A DNA stretch of 64,000 nt from Candidatus Muiribacteriota bacterium (GTDB lineage: Bacteria; Muiribacteriota; Muiribacteriia; Muiribacteriales; Muiribacteriaceae), in the NCBI GenBank assembly GCA_051747805.1, contig JBNJGP010000002.1, positions 7,608 through 71,607 of the forward strand. Reading direction: 5' to 3'. Under the pieces are notes generated by a model. It was given only the letters and a program-made list of their open reading frames with translations, was not told where the DNA came from and did no database searches. A program made the translations under genes and the position numbers. The number at the start of each line of letters is the position of its first letter. Positions within the stretch are counted from its first letter, which is position 1. This document shows, piece by piece, positions 46,955-56,614 of the stretch.

Positions 46955-49034
46955 AGCAAAGCTTATCCTTTTTCTTTTTTACAATAAATAAATTATCTTT
47001 ATTAATACTTTCTATACTAACATAATCATTTTCTGTTTTGAACTCTGAAATAAATAAATGAAAGTTTATATTATTCTGTTTTGAAATTTTATCAAAAAAT
47101 TTTATTTTTTCCTCATCTAAAATATTTATCTTAACAGGAATTACCGTGTTAAAGAATTTTAAAAATTTTTTTTCCTTAAAACTAATTTCATCTAATATTT
47201 CTGTTTGAAATAATTCTGAATAAAAGAACTCAAAATCTTCATTGCACTCAATTAAGGTGGTTTTAGAAGATAAAATTTTCAAAAGTTTTATTTTTATTAA
47301 AATTTTATTAATCCAGCTTAATATATTTTTTAAACTTTTTTCTAAAAAACTTAGTTTTATAAAAACAAGCAGACTTATAAAAACTAAAATTAATAAAAGT
47401 GATAATAGATTTTTTTTATTTTCTTCGCCGTTTCCCCTGTAATTAAATTCAAATTCTATATTTTTATTTAAATCAATATTTTCCTGCATTATTTTTTTAT
47501 AAATTTTTTTTTGGGAGTTTAATCCCCATATCTGAAAAAAACCTTCTTTAGCAGTTGCTGTATCTTCATAAAAATATTTACCCTCGTCAAAAATAAGTTT
47601 GTTTTTTTGAAAGCTTTCAAAATTTTTCTCCTCTTTATTAAAATTATGTACTATAAAAAACTCTTCAAAAAATTCAACAGGCAAATTATTAAAAGCAAGA
47701 TTATAATTAACCATATTTTTTCTTTTTTTATCGAAATTAAGCTTAAGTTGAATTTGCTGTGCTTCAAATACCGGTATCTCAAAAAATTTACTTTCCTTAC
47801 CATCTTCTGATATGAATTTTACTCTTATAAAATCTGGTGTTTTTTCTTTATCAGATAAGGGAACAAAAAAACTTAAAAAAAACTTATCCTGTTTTTTTTT
47901 CATCTGAAAAAATTCCGGAATATAATGAAACTCTCCATTTATAAAATAATTTTTTTTTAAAAAAACCTGGTTTTTATCCCAGGTAACTTCAGCAAAAACC
48001 TCTGCATGTCCTTCTTTAATTAAAGTATTATCCTCATGAAGTTCTAAAAGAACCTGCTTATGGATTAATTCATTATTTTGAAAAAAAGATATTTCTGGTT
48101 TTTCCATAGTAAAAATCGGAGCTTTTATTGAATCACTTTTTAATTTAATTTTTGAAAACATATTTTTAAATTTCCAGTATATCCCTTTTTTATAAGTGTT
48201 TTCCGGAACAAATGTTATTTTTTCAGTCCTCAATTTTTTAAGCGGATAATCATTTTCTGTTATTTCAAAATTATAAATTTCTTCCTCATTATCTGAGAAA
48301 ATTCTACAGACATAAAATCCTGTTTTTTTAATATTAAAACTATAAGACTTCGGACCGGTAACTTTTCTTCCGTAAAGAACATTTGAACTTTCTAAGTTAT
48401 AAATTAAAAGGGTGGTCTCTTTTTCGGAGGGAATAAATATATTTACCTCTCCTTTAAATGGAGATATTCTAGAGAAATTTTTAAAATCAAGATTTAATTG
48501 AGAGTTATGTTTTTTTAAAGAATTTACATTAATATATCCTTTATAATATCTTTTATTATCCGTAATTTTTATTTTTTTGGTTTTAAAAGGATTTATAGTC
48601 AGGGATTTTAATAAACTGTTTTTTTCGACCTTTTCTGAGCCAAGCAACTTGGAATTATCATCTATTATATTTAATTTATCTACATAATCATATATGTTTT
48701 CAATTTTTATATTTAAATTAATAAAACTGACATTCAAGTTTAACTTCACTGTTTTATCTTTATAAGTTTGAAAGTTAAATACATGCCAAATTCTGTCGTT
48801 TTTGAACAACTTTATTTCATAATCATAATCAGTTGCAAGATAAATTTTTTTTTCAAACTGATTATTTTCAAACTCCAGAGGAAATACCCTTTTAGCTCCC
48901 CAGTCTGTTCTAAGTTCATAATTATTTTCATCTTCTGCAATCTTTTCCAGAGAAACAAAAAAAACTCCACTTTCCTGAGAAAAAGAGCTCAAAACACATA
49001 AAATAAAAAAGATAGAAAAAAAAAATTTTTTCAT
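46917..49034 (-). CDS. 705-aa bitopic membrane protein: signal peptide, about 520-aa extracytoplasmic domain, one TM helix, about 140-aa cytoplasmic tail
   Basis: N-terminus MKKFFFSIFFILCVLSSFSQE. The single hydrophobic helix is LLSLLLILVFISLLVFI at about aa 545-565. The tail is Lys-rich and ends CFGKKDGKYFICP. It is translationally coupled to rSAM genes on both sides. Confidence 0.5.
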   Translation of the reverse strand: MKKFFFSIFFILCVLSSFSQESGVFFVSLEKIAEDENNYELRTDWGAKRVFPLEFENNQFEKKIYLATDYDYEIKLFKNDRIWHVFNFQTYKDKTVKLNLNVSFINLNIKIENIYDYVDKLNIIDDNSKLLGSEKVEKNSLLKSLTINPFKTKKIKITDNKRYYKGYINVNSLKKHNSQLNLDFKNFSRISPFKGEVNIFIPSEKETTLLIYNLESSNVLYGRKVTGPKSYSFNIKKTGFYVCRIFSDNEEEIYNFEITENDYPLKKLRTEKITFVPENTYKKGIYWKFKNMFSKIKLKSDSIKAPIFTMEKPEISFFQNNELIHKQVLLELHEDNTLIKEGHAEVFAEVTWDKNQVFLKKNYFINGEFHYIPEFFQMKKKQDKFFLSFFVPLSDKEKTPDFIRVKFISEDGKESKFFEIPVFEAQQIQLKLNFDKKRKNMVNYNLAFNNLPVEFFEEFFIVHNFNKEEKNFESFQKNKLIFDEGKYFYEDTATAKEGFFQIWGLNSQKKIYKKIMQENIDLNKNIEFEFNYRGNGEENKKNLLSLLLILVFISLLVFIKLSFLEKSLKNILSWINKILIKIKLLKILSSKTTLIECNEDFEFFYSELFQTEILDEISFKEKKFLKFFNTVIPVKINILDEEKIKFFDKISKQNNINFHLFISEFKTENDYVSIESINKDNLFIVKKKKDKLCFGKKDGKYFICP

Positions 49035-50050
49035 ATTAATTTTTTTAAAAAATCAAGCTCCTCCTGACAGAACTTCGGGTAAACCTGTCCCATACATTTC
49101 CTGCAGGCTTTAAGGGTGCTTTTTTGCCTATTAATATGCTTTTTTTTATAATTTAAAAACTCTCTGCCGTTTATTATATCAGAAATTTTCATATTATGGA
49201 TATTCCCAACTTTTGCCTCACCACCCGTATCAACACAACAGGGAAAAACATCCCCATTTACACCCACAGTTATATGAGTAAACGGTCCAGAACAAATAAC
49301 AGGCTCAGAAAGAAATGAATAATCTGGATTATTAAAAAATTTTTTTACTGTTTTTTTAAAAATTTCATCATACCTGCTCTGCTTTTTTTTATTATACGGG
49401 AAAAGACATCTTCTAATAAAAATACTATCTCCGGCTTGAGCTTCAGAAGGTTTGTTATAATCATACTTCAGATTTAATTTCATACCTTTTTTGTTAAATA
49501 CCTGCTTCCAGTATGAAATAAACTGAGGAAGCTCTTCATAGTTTTCTTCCATTACAATATACTGTAAAACTATATGAGGTAAAGAGTTCATCTTATGCTT
49601 TCTTTTTTCCAAAAGTAATTTTACTGATTTTTCCAGTTTGCTTTTTTTACCACCACATCTTATTTTTTCATAACTTTCTTTTAAAAAAGCGTCGCATGAA
49701 ATTGTTATTACTGAAAAAATACCTGTTCCTGAAATAAAAGAACAGGTACTATTATCTAGAAGCATTCCGTTAGTATCAACTGCGACTCCATTTGCAATTA
49801 AGTTATTTTTATTTTCAAAAGAAAAAAACTCCATAATTTTTTTAAACTCAGGATGAAGCAAACTTTCACCCCGCCAGAAAGGTAGCATTACATTAAAGCT
49901 TAATTCTGCCTCTTTAACCTGAGAAATAATTTTTTTAAAAGTTTTAAATTTCATAAACTCGGGTTTTCTTCTTATCACAGGACACATTTTACAGTTGAGA
50001 TTACAGAAATTCGTAAGTTCAATTATTAATGTTGAATATTTATCAATCAT
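49031..50050 (-). CDS. Radical SAM / SPASM-twitch enzyme (paralog 6)
   Basis: CNLNCKMC, FWRGESLLHPEF, DTNGMLL, KIRCGG, C-terminal ICSGPFTHITVGVNGDVFPCC and CRKCMGQVYPKFC. Confidence 0.8.
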   Translation of the reverse strand: MIDKYSTLIIELTNFCNLNCKMCPVIRRKPEFMKFKTFKKIISQVKEAELSFNVMLPFWRGESLLHPEFKKIMEFFSFENKNNLIANGVAVDTNGMLLDNSTCSFISGTGIFSVITISCDAFLKESYEKIRCGGKKSKLEKSVKLLLEKRKHKMNSLPHIVLQYIVMEENYEELPQFISYWKQVFNKKGMKLNLKYDYNKPSEAQAGDSIFIRRCLFPYNKKKQSRYDEIFKKTVKKFFNNPDYSFLSEPVICSGPFTHITVGVNGDVFPCCVDTGGEAKVGNIHNMKISDIINGREFLNYKKKHINRQKSTLKACRKCMGQVYPKFCQEELDFLKKLI

Positions 50051-50063
50051 ATATAAAAAAACC

Positions 50064-51104
50064 TTATTTTATTTTTGAATATATTATGCAGGCTTCTTTA
50101 TCAGTCAACTGTGAAATATTATCTTTCACCATATTTTCAACAGTATCGTATTCACTAGTAATTTTAAAATCCTCGAGCAAGGCATAAGGTTTATTAAAAT
50201 AATAATCCCATATATAATTTAACATATCTTTGGCCTCTATACTCCCTTTAGATTTATCTGCCTGTTTATAAACTTCCTCAAACATGAATTTTCTCAACTT
50301 ATTTACGGAGTCAAGAACTTCTGATTTAAGGCTAATTGTTTTATTTTTTAAAGAATTTTCAATTAATGATTTAACCATTGTATCAACTCTTTTTCCGTGG
50401 GTTTTTCCAAGAATCTCCATACAATCTGATGGAAAATCCTCAAATTTTATATAATTCATATTAAGCGAATCTTCAATATCATGGTTTAAATAGGCAATTC
50501 CATCAGAATATCTCACAATATAGGCCTCATTAGTCACAGGAGGGCCACAGTCAAGAGCAAATGAATCAATCTCAGCAGAATCTTTGGAATGTTTTAAAAT
50601 ACCGTCTCTCACCTCGGCAGTAAGATTTAACCCTTTATCTTTTTTTGCAAGCTTATCTACAATTCTGAGAGAGTTTCTTGAATGATGAAACCCATTTTCT
50701 GAACGTTGATTCAACACTTTTTCACCTAAATGTCCAAACGGAGTATGTCCAATATCATGTCCTAGAGCAATTGCTTCTACAAGGTCCTCATTCATTTTCA
50801 GTGCCCTGGCTATTGTACGTGCGATCTGTGCCACTTCAAGAGTATGAGTAAGCCTTGTTCGCGGATGAATAAAATCCCCTATAATAAAAACTTGTGTTTT
50901 ATCTTTCAACCTTCTGAAAGGAGCGCAGTGAATTATTCTATCCCTGTCCCTCTGATAACAAGTTCTAAGTTCACTTTCTTTTTCGGTGACAACTCTTCCC
51001 CTGCTTTGAGAAGAAGTTTGTGCGAGTTCTTTATCTAGAAAAATATTCTCAAATTCTTCAATTTTCTTCCTTATTATCATCGTTAACATCCTCTTGGCCG
51101 CCAT
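50064..51104 (-). CDS. dGTP triphosphohydrolase-like HD-domain protein
   Basis: HSLEVAQIARTIA...GHDIGHTPFGH HD motif of the dGTPase family. Confidence 0.75.
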   Translation of the reverse strand: MAAKRMLTMIIRKKIEEFENIFLDKELAQTSSQSRGRVVTEKESELRTCYQRDRDRIIHCAPFRRLKDKTQVFIIGDFIHPRTRLTHTLEVAQIARTIARALKMNEDLVEAIALGHDIGHTPFGHLGEKVLNQRSENGFHHSRNSLRIVDKLAKKDKGLNLTAEVRDGILKHSKDSAEIDSFALDCGPPVTNEAYIVRYSDGIAYLNHDIEDSLNMNYIKFEDFPSDCMEILGKTHGKRVDTMVKSLIENSLKNKTISLKSEVLDSVNKLRKFMFEEVYKQADKSKGSIEAKDMLNYIWDYYFNKPYALLEDFKITSEYDTVENMVKDNISQLTDKEACIIYSKIK

Positions 51105-51450
51105 CTCCCTTAATTATTTTTTTTATTACCTTATTTAACTTCTCATAATTTTCAGCATCAAGCAGTTTATCCATCCATTTTTCTTTTTTAGAAAGAGGAA
51201 GTACTTTAACATCATTTTCGCTAATTGAAATAAAAGCAACAGGTTCTATTGAGGCCCCGCCGCCTGTACCGGCACCAAATCCAGGAAGCTTTTTCTTTTC
51301 TCCGCCGCCTGCTCCAAAACCAAACGTAACTTTGCTGACCGGGATAAGAGTTACTTTTCCAGCCTTAATTGGTTCACCTATTACTGTCTGACACTGAATT
51401 GAATTTTTAAGCTCATCTATTAGAGTTTTTACTACATTATCAAAAGCCAT
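51058..51450 (-). CDS. GerW/YtfJ-family protein
   Basis: VIGEPIKAGKVTLIPVSKVTFGFGAGGGE...GAGTGGGASIEPVAFISI matches the GerW/YtfJ glycine-rich core. Confidence 0.5.
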   Translation of the reverse strand: MAFDNVVKTLIDELKNSIQCQTVIGEPIKAGKVTLIPVSKVTFGFGAGGGEKKKLPGFGAGTGGGASIEPVAFISISENDVKVLPLSKKEKWMDKLLDAENYEKLNKVIKKIIKGDGGQEDVNDDNKEEN

Positions 51451-51451
51451 C

Positions 51452-54253
51452 TTAACCTCCCGGTTTTGTTTTTCTTAACTTATTAATCTTTTCATGTCTT
51501 AATATTTTCATTTTTTTAATTCTTATTTTTCTTCCAGCAACATTCAAAAAAGCCTTGACTACTTTAGGATCAAACTGACTTCCAGAGCATCTCTTAATTT
51601 CTTCAATCGCAACTTCATCTGGCAGGGCCTTTCTGTAAGAACGATTAGAAGTCATTGCATCGTATGTATCTGCCACAGATAAAATTCTTGAACCAATAGG
51701 AATATCATCGCCTTTTAATCCCGAAGGATAGCCCTTTCCATCCCATCTTTCGTGATGATGATATGTAAGTGAGCTTACCGACTTTAAAAAGTTGATTTTT
51801 TCAACAATTAAAGTTCCATACACAGGATGTTTTTCAATCTCTGTTCTTTCCTCCGAGCTCAGACGTCCAGGTTTTTTTAAAATATTATCATCAACTCCAA
51901 TTTTTCCTATATCATGTAAAAGTCCTGCAAATTTTATTGCTGTAATAGTTTCCTCGGAAAGGTTCATATCTTCAGCAATTGCAATACTGTATTCCATAAC
52001 CTGTTCAGAATGCCCGTGTGTATAATGGTCTTTTGCATCAATGGCAGCTGCAAGGGCTGCTATAGTATCAAAATAAGTTTTTTCAAGATTGCTGAAAAGC
52101 CTTGAATTTTCAAGTGCAATAGCCGCCTGAGCGCATAAATTCTGAATTATTTCAAGCTCTTCTGCATTATATCCTATATCCTCTTTCATATAACAGTTTA
52201 AAACGCCGACAGCCTTTCCTCGTATTATTAACGGGACAGAAAAAAGTGTATTAAGCTCATTTCTAATAAGCCATTGTATGTTCCGCACACCATGTTTTTC
52301 AATAAGTTTCCCAGTATAAACTGGCTTATGTTTCATAAAAGCTTCCCGGGAAAAAGAAAGTTCGATACTGTCAAGCACCTCAGCCTTTAACATAACACTT
52401 TCATCACTGCCATTCCACTCAATTTTATCAATTTCAAGCTGACTTTCTTCCTCGTTAAAAATTCTTAAAACTACAAGCTTTGAATTAAGAATTCTTGCCG
52501 CAGTTTCAGTTAACTCACTTGAAACTTGATTATAATCAAGTTTTTCAGCAATATTTTTAGTAACTTCAAATATTGTTGAAAGAGAACTTACTTTTTTTTC
52601 AATTCGGTCATACACAAGGTTATTTTCAAGAGCTATTGAAAAAGCGGAGGCTATTGTTGATAAAAATCTTATATTGTAGTCTGTTTTTTTACCTTTACTT
52701 TGAATAATACTTAAAAATCCATGAATTTTTTTCTTAATTACAATTGGCACAGACATAAAGTCAAACTTTTTATTATGGGTGAATCTTTTATTTCCTTTTT
52801 TTACTATTTTTCTGAAAATATCATAGGCATAAAGTTTATTCGGCAGAAGTTCTTGAACGTCCTGTAAAATTTCTTTTTCTATTTTTTCAACATTATTAGA
52901 ATTTATATTATATTCTGAATAATAATTAACATGCAGAGAATTTCCTCTGTCTAAAATTATACAGGCTGTTTTAAAATCAAAAGTTTCGGTAATGATTCCA
53001 AAAACTTTATTAATTATATCATTTAAATCAGTATTAACATTAACCTGTTTCATAAGCTGATTAACAATTTCAAGCTCATCAATCCGTCCAGATAAATCTT
53101 TATATAGAAGCTGATTTTTTGTAACATAGGCAATATTTGAACAGAAGACTTCCAGAAGTTTAAGGTCTTCTTCATTATAAATATGATTATCACTGGTTAT
53201 TGAAACAACTCCCAGAATTTCCTTATTGAATTTAACCGGAGCAGATATTGCAGATATTACATTTTTTCTTATATCATCATATTCCTTTTTAAAATCCCAG
53301 AAAAAAGTATTTACCCCTTTAATTTTTTTAACCGCTTTTTTAAACTTTTGATCTATAATTATTAGAGGTTTTCCGTCGTGTGCAATTTTTCCGACAATAC
53401 CATTTCCTATTTTCATTTTAAACTTTTTGGCCAGTTTATTTTGAAGACCTATATAAGCTTTAACATAAAGCTCATCCTTTTCATCATCAATAAAAAGAAT
53501 AGAACCGCCTTTACCATAAAACTCATTAACCATAGCCTTTAAAATTTTCTTTAAAAGAGTTTTCAGTTTTTTCCCGGCAGGCTGAACTCTTGAAAGGTCA
53601 TAAAGCGTGGAAAAAGCAGAAAGTTTTTTTCTAAGTTCATCTGCTGTCGCAATATGCTTTTGAAACATTATCGCATTTTCAATAAGAGTGGAAACATGTG
53701 GCATAAAAAGTTTAATTAAATTACTTTTCTGCAGAATATTTGTGCTTTTACTCATATAAAAACAGATTAAACCATGACTTTTGCCGTGTCTTGAAATTTT
53801 ATGAACAATATTTGAAAAAACACTTTCTTTTTCCTCTTCAAATTCTCCTTCTCTTCCTATTGAATCTATATAAAAATCTTTTCTGACAAAATGTCTGGTT
53901 TTCTTTTTATTTTCTTTTAATATATTTAAAAAATTTTTTTCAATTTGAGAAAAATTCATTCTTTTTTCTCTACAGTAATGAGCAAAATAAATATATTTAT
54001 TTTCAAAAAGTGATAAGGCTATATAATCAACCTCTATTATATCTTCAAGTGTTTTAAACAAATTATAAAGAAGGTCTTCTATATTATCTATAAACTCATC
54101 TAGTTTAATAAATTCATTTATAATAATCTGATTATAATAATCTTTCTGAAGAAGCTCATTATCCTGCTTAAGAAGCTCACATTCTTTTTTTAACTTTTTA
54201 TTTTCTTCAATTAATTTTTTAATTTCTTTTTTTTCTCCCATTTTATTTATCAT
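51452..54253 (-). CDS. Multi-GAF + HD-GYP c-di-GMP phosphodiesterase (933 aa) with an N-terminal coiled coil
   Basis: Three or more GAF-like blocks. C-terminal HSEQVMEYSIAIAEDMNL...LHDIGKIGV...HHERWDGKGYPSGL. Confidence 0.8.
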   Translation of the reverse strand: MINKMGEKKEIKKLIEENKKLKKECELLKQDNELLQKDYYNQIIINEFIKLDEFIDNIEDLLYNLFKTLEDIIEVDYIALSLFENKYIYFAHYCREKRMNFSQIEKNFLNILKENKKKTRHFVRKDFYIDSIGREGEFEEEKESVFSNIVHKISRHGKSHGLICFYMSKSTNILQKSNLIKLFMPHVSTLIENAIMFQKHIATADELRKKLSAFSTLYDLSRVQPAGKKLKTLLKKILKAMVNEFYGKGGSILFIDDEKDELYVKAYIGLQNKLAKKFKMKIGNGIVGKIAHDGKPLIIIDQKFKKAVKKIKGVNTFFWDFKKEYDDIRKNVISAISAPVKFNKEILGVVSITSDNHIYNEEDLKLLEVFCSNIAYVTKNQLLYKDLSGRIDELEIVNQLMKQVNVNTDLNDIINKVFGIITETFDFKTACIILDRGNSLHVNYYSEYNINSNNVEKIEKEILQDVQELLPNKLYAYDIFRKIVKKGNKRFTHNKKFDFMSVPIVIKKKIHGFLSIIQSKGKKTDYNIRFLSTIASAFSIALENNLVYDRIEKKVSSLSTIFEVTKNIAEKLDYNQVSSELTETAARILNSKLVVLRIFNEEESQLEIDKIEWNGSDESVMLKAEVLDSIELSFSREAFMKHKPVYTGKLIEKHGVRNIQWLIRNELNTLFSVPLIIRGKAVGVLNCYMKEDIGYNAEELEIIQNLCAQAAIALENSRLFSNLEKTYFDTIAALAAAIDAKDHYTHGHSEQVMEYSIAIAEDMNLSEETITAIKFAGLLHDIGKIGVDDNILKKPGRLSSEERTEIEKHPVYGTLIVEKINFLKSVSSLTYHHHERWDGKGYPSGLKGDDIPIGSRILSVADTYDAMTSNRSYRKALPDEVAIEEIKRCSGSQFDPKVVKAFLNVAGRKIRIKKMKILRHEKINKLRKTKPGG

Positions 54254-54659
54254 TCCCCAGTATTGATTCTATTTTTTTTAATAATTCATCAGGAGAAAAG
54301 GGTTTAACAAAGAAACCCTCAACCCCAACATGTTTTGCAAAAAAACTGTTTTTTTTATCACTTAAAGCTGTTATAACAATAACAGGAAGATTCTTTAATT
54401 TTTTATGGTTTTTTATCAGTCTTAATAGCTGCCAGCCGTTAAGCTGAGGCATCATTATATCAATTATTAGAAGATCATATATGTTTTTTTCAAGCTCATT
54501 CATAAGATTAACTGAATCATTTAAAGCTTTTACTTCATAGTTCTCAAGAGAAAGTAAAATATGAATAAAATCTGTAACATCTTTCTCATCATCAAGAATC
54601 AGTATTTTTTTCTTCCCGGTATTGTTTTCCATCATAATAACAAACTCTATTTCTCCCAT
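54243..54659 (-). CDS. Single-domain response regulator (REC/CheY-like). The start is uncertain; candidates are at 54659, 54635 and 54707
   Basis: KKILILDDEKDV...LLIIDIMMPQLNGWQLL...LPVIVITAL places the phospho-acceptor Asp and Lys in the expected positions. The ORF-track start at 54707 overlaps the upstream GGDEF gene. Confidence 0.7.
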   Translation of the reverse strand: MGEIEFVIMMENNTGKKKILILDDEKDVTDFIHILLSLENYEVKALNDSVNLMNELEKNIYDLLIIDIMMPQLNGWQLLRLIKNHKKLKNLPVIVITALSDKKNSFFAKHVGVEGFFVKPFSPDELLKKIESILGNDK

Positions 54660-56607
54660 TATTTTTCGCCCTGTAAAGACAGGCATCAGCAAAATCAATA
54701 AAATCACTCATATTTTTCATATCTTCATTTAAAGAAGTAAGTCCAATACTAGCAGTAATATGAAGAGTCTTTTTATTTAAAGTTATATTTTCAAACTCAT
54801 AACCTTCAATTTTTTTTCTTATTCTTTCAGCAATAATCGAGGCCGACTGCATATCAGTTTCAGGATAAATTATAACAAATTCTTCGCCTCCATACCTTGC
54901 CACAACGTCAATTGTTCTAACACTTTCCTTTAATATCATAGAAACTTCTCTTAAAACAAAATCACCCTGCTGATGTCCAAAATTATCATTGAAATACTTA
55001 AAAAAGTCAATATCTAATATTAATAAAGTTAAGGGGGTATTATATCTCCTTGCCCGTTCAAACTCTTCCTTTAATTTATTTTTAAAGTATCTGTAATTAT
55101 AAGTATCTGTCATTGAATCAGTAAATGCAAGTTTTTCGTTTTCCTTAAAAAGATGAGTTTTTTTAAGCGTAACAGCAATATAGTTTCCAACTATTGAGAA
55201 TAACTCAAGGTCTTCATTTATGGTAATAGCCTCTGAGTTTGAGGCCCCTATTAAAAAAGCTCCAATAATTTCATCTTTTTCTATAAGAGGCATAATAAGA
55301 TGGGATTCCAGAGATAAATTTATTCTGTTTTTAATTTCCTCCGGATAGATTCCGTTTAAGACAATTTTGCTTTCATCGATCTTATTAATTTTAAGCTTAA
55401 GAAAATCTATCATAACTTCATAAGAATTTTTTATTAAATTCCTGCTTTTTTCTGAATAAAGATCAAAAAACATATAAGAGCCTGAGAATTCAGGTTTAAA
55501 AACTACAAGTATTGAAATATCATAATTAAATAAAAAATGAAGATTTTCTTCAATAATTTCCTCTATTTTTTTCATTTCAAGACAGGCAGATAATTCTTTT
55601 CCAATATTATTTAAAATTCTGAACTTTTCCTTTTCAATCCTTAATTTTTCAAGTAAAATTTCCTTCCCCAGTATAACAGCAACCTGAGAGGCAATTATAC
55701 TCAGAAACTTAATATCATAGTCTTTTGAATTTAAATCAGAAGGATCGGATTTTGAAATAATAAGCTGTCCAATAGTTTTTTTCTCATGTCTGAGAGGTAG
55801 AAAATAAAAATTTTTTCCAAAAACATTTATTTTTTTATAATTATCCTCCATTTCAAGAAATTCTTCTCTATCTTCCTTTAATATACTATTAATACATTTA
55901 ATCGTTTTACTAGACATATTAAAGTCTTTTTTATGATTAAACCCTCTTATGTTTTCATTAAATATATAAATAGCTATCTCAGAAATCCCGAGAAGAGTGG
56001 CTAAAATATCAATAAAAGATTCGAGAGTATCTTCAATTTCAATAAAAGAATTAAGAGTTTTACTTATTTCAAAAAGAGTTACAGCCTGCTGAATTTTTGT
56101 CTTCTGAAATTGAAGAAGTTTAAGCCTTTCAATCGCAAGAGCAATATGCCTTGAAAAATCCTTAATTAAATCTTTGTCTCTATCTCTAATTTTTTCAATT
56201 TTTTCTAACTCAGTCACGTTCAGGGCACCTACAAGTTTTTCGCCCAGAAACAGCGGAATAACAAGTAATAACGAAGATTTAATATTTCTTTTTCTTTTTA
56301 CACCAAGCTTTTTTGAAACTTTGGCTATATCTTCAAGAAAAAAAAACTTCTTTTCCTTTAGTGCTTTTCCCGCTATATGTTCCCCAAGCTTCAGCTGTGT
56401 TTCCTTTACTACTTTTTCTGAAATACCCCTGCTTGCAACAATTTTCATAGTTTCCTCTTCTGAATTATAAAGCATAAGAGAAACACGCCGGGCGTTGAAT
56501 ATACTGGAAGTTTTCTCAACTATTGTATTAAGGATTTGAGATAAATCATCTATTGTATAAAGTTCATGAATAATATCAAAAAGAAATTTGAATCTTTTAG
56601 TCAGCAT
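54592..56607 (-). CDS. GAF-GAF-GGDEF diguanylate cyclase
   Basis: C-terminal DSMTDTYNYRYF...LLILDIDFFKYFNDNFGHQQGD...RYGGEEFVII (GGEEF active site). Confidence 0.8.
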   Translation of the reverse strand: MLTKRFKFLFDIIHELYTIDDLSQILNTIVEKTSSIFNARRVSLMLYNSEEETMKIVASRGISEKVVKETQLKLGEHIAGKALKEKKFFFLEDIAKVSKKLGVKRKRNIKSSLLLVIPLFLGEKLVGALNVTELEKIEKIRDRDKDLIKDFSRHIALAIERLKLLQFQKTKIQQAVTLFEISKTLNSFIEIEDTLESFIDILATLLGISEIAIYIFNENIRGFNHKKDFNMSSKTIKCINSILKEDREEFLEMEDNYKKINVFGKNFYFLPLRHEKKTIGQLIISKSDPSDLNSKDYDIKFLSIIASQVAVILGKEILLEKLRIEKEKFRILNNIGKELSACLEMKKIEEIIEENLHFLFNYDISILVVFKPEFSGSYMFFDLYSEKSRNLIKNSYEVMIDFLKLKINKIDESKIVLNGIYPEEIKNRINLSLESHLIMPLIEKDEIIGAFLIGASNSEAITINEDLELFSIVGNYIAVTLKKTHLFKENEKLAFTDSMTDTYNYRYFKNKLKEEFERARRYNTPLTLLILDIDFFKYFNDNFGHQQGDFVLREVSMILKESVRTIDVVARYGGEEFVIIYPETDMQSASIIAERIRKKIEGYEFENITLNKKTLHITASIGLTSLNEDMKNMSDFIDFADACLYRAKNNGRNRVCYYDGKQYREEKNTDS

Positions 56608-56614
56608 TAGGCTC

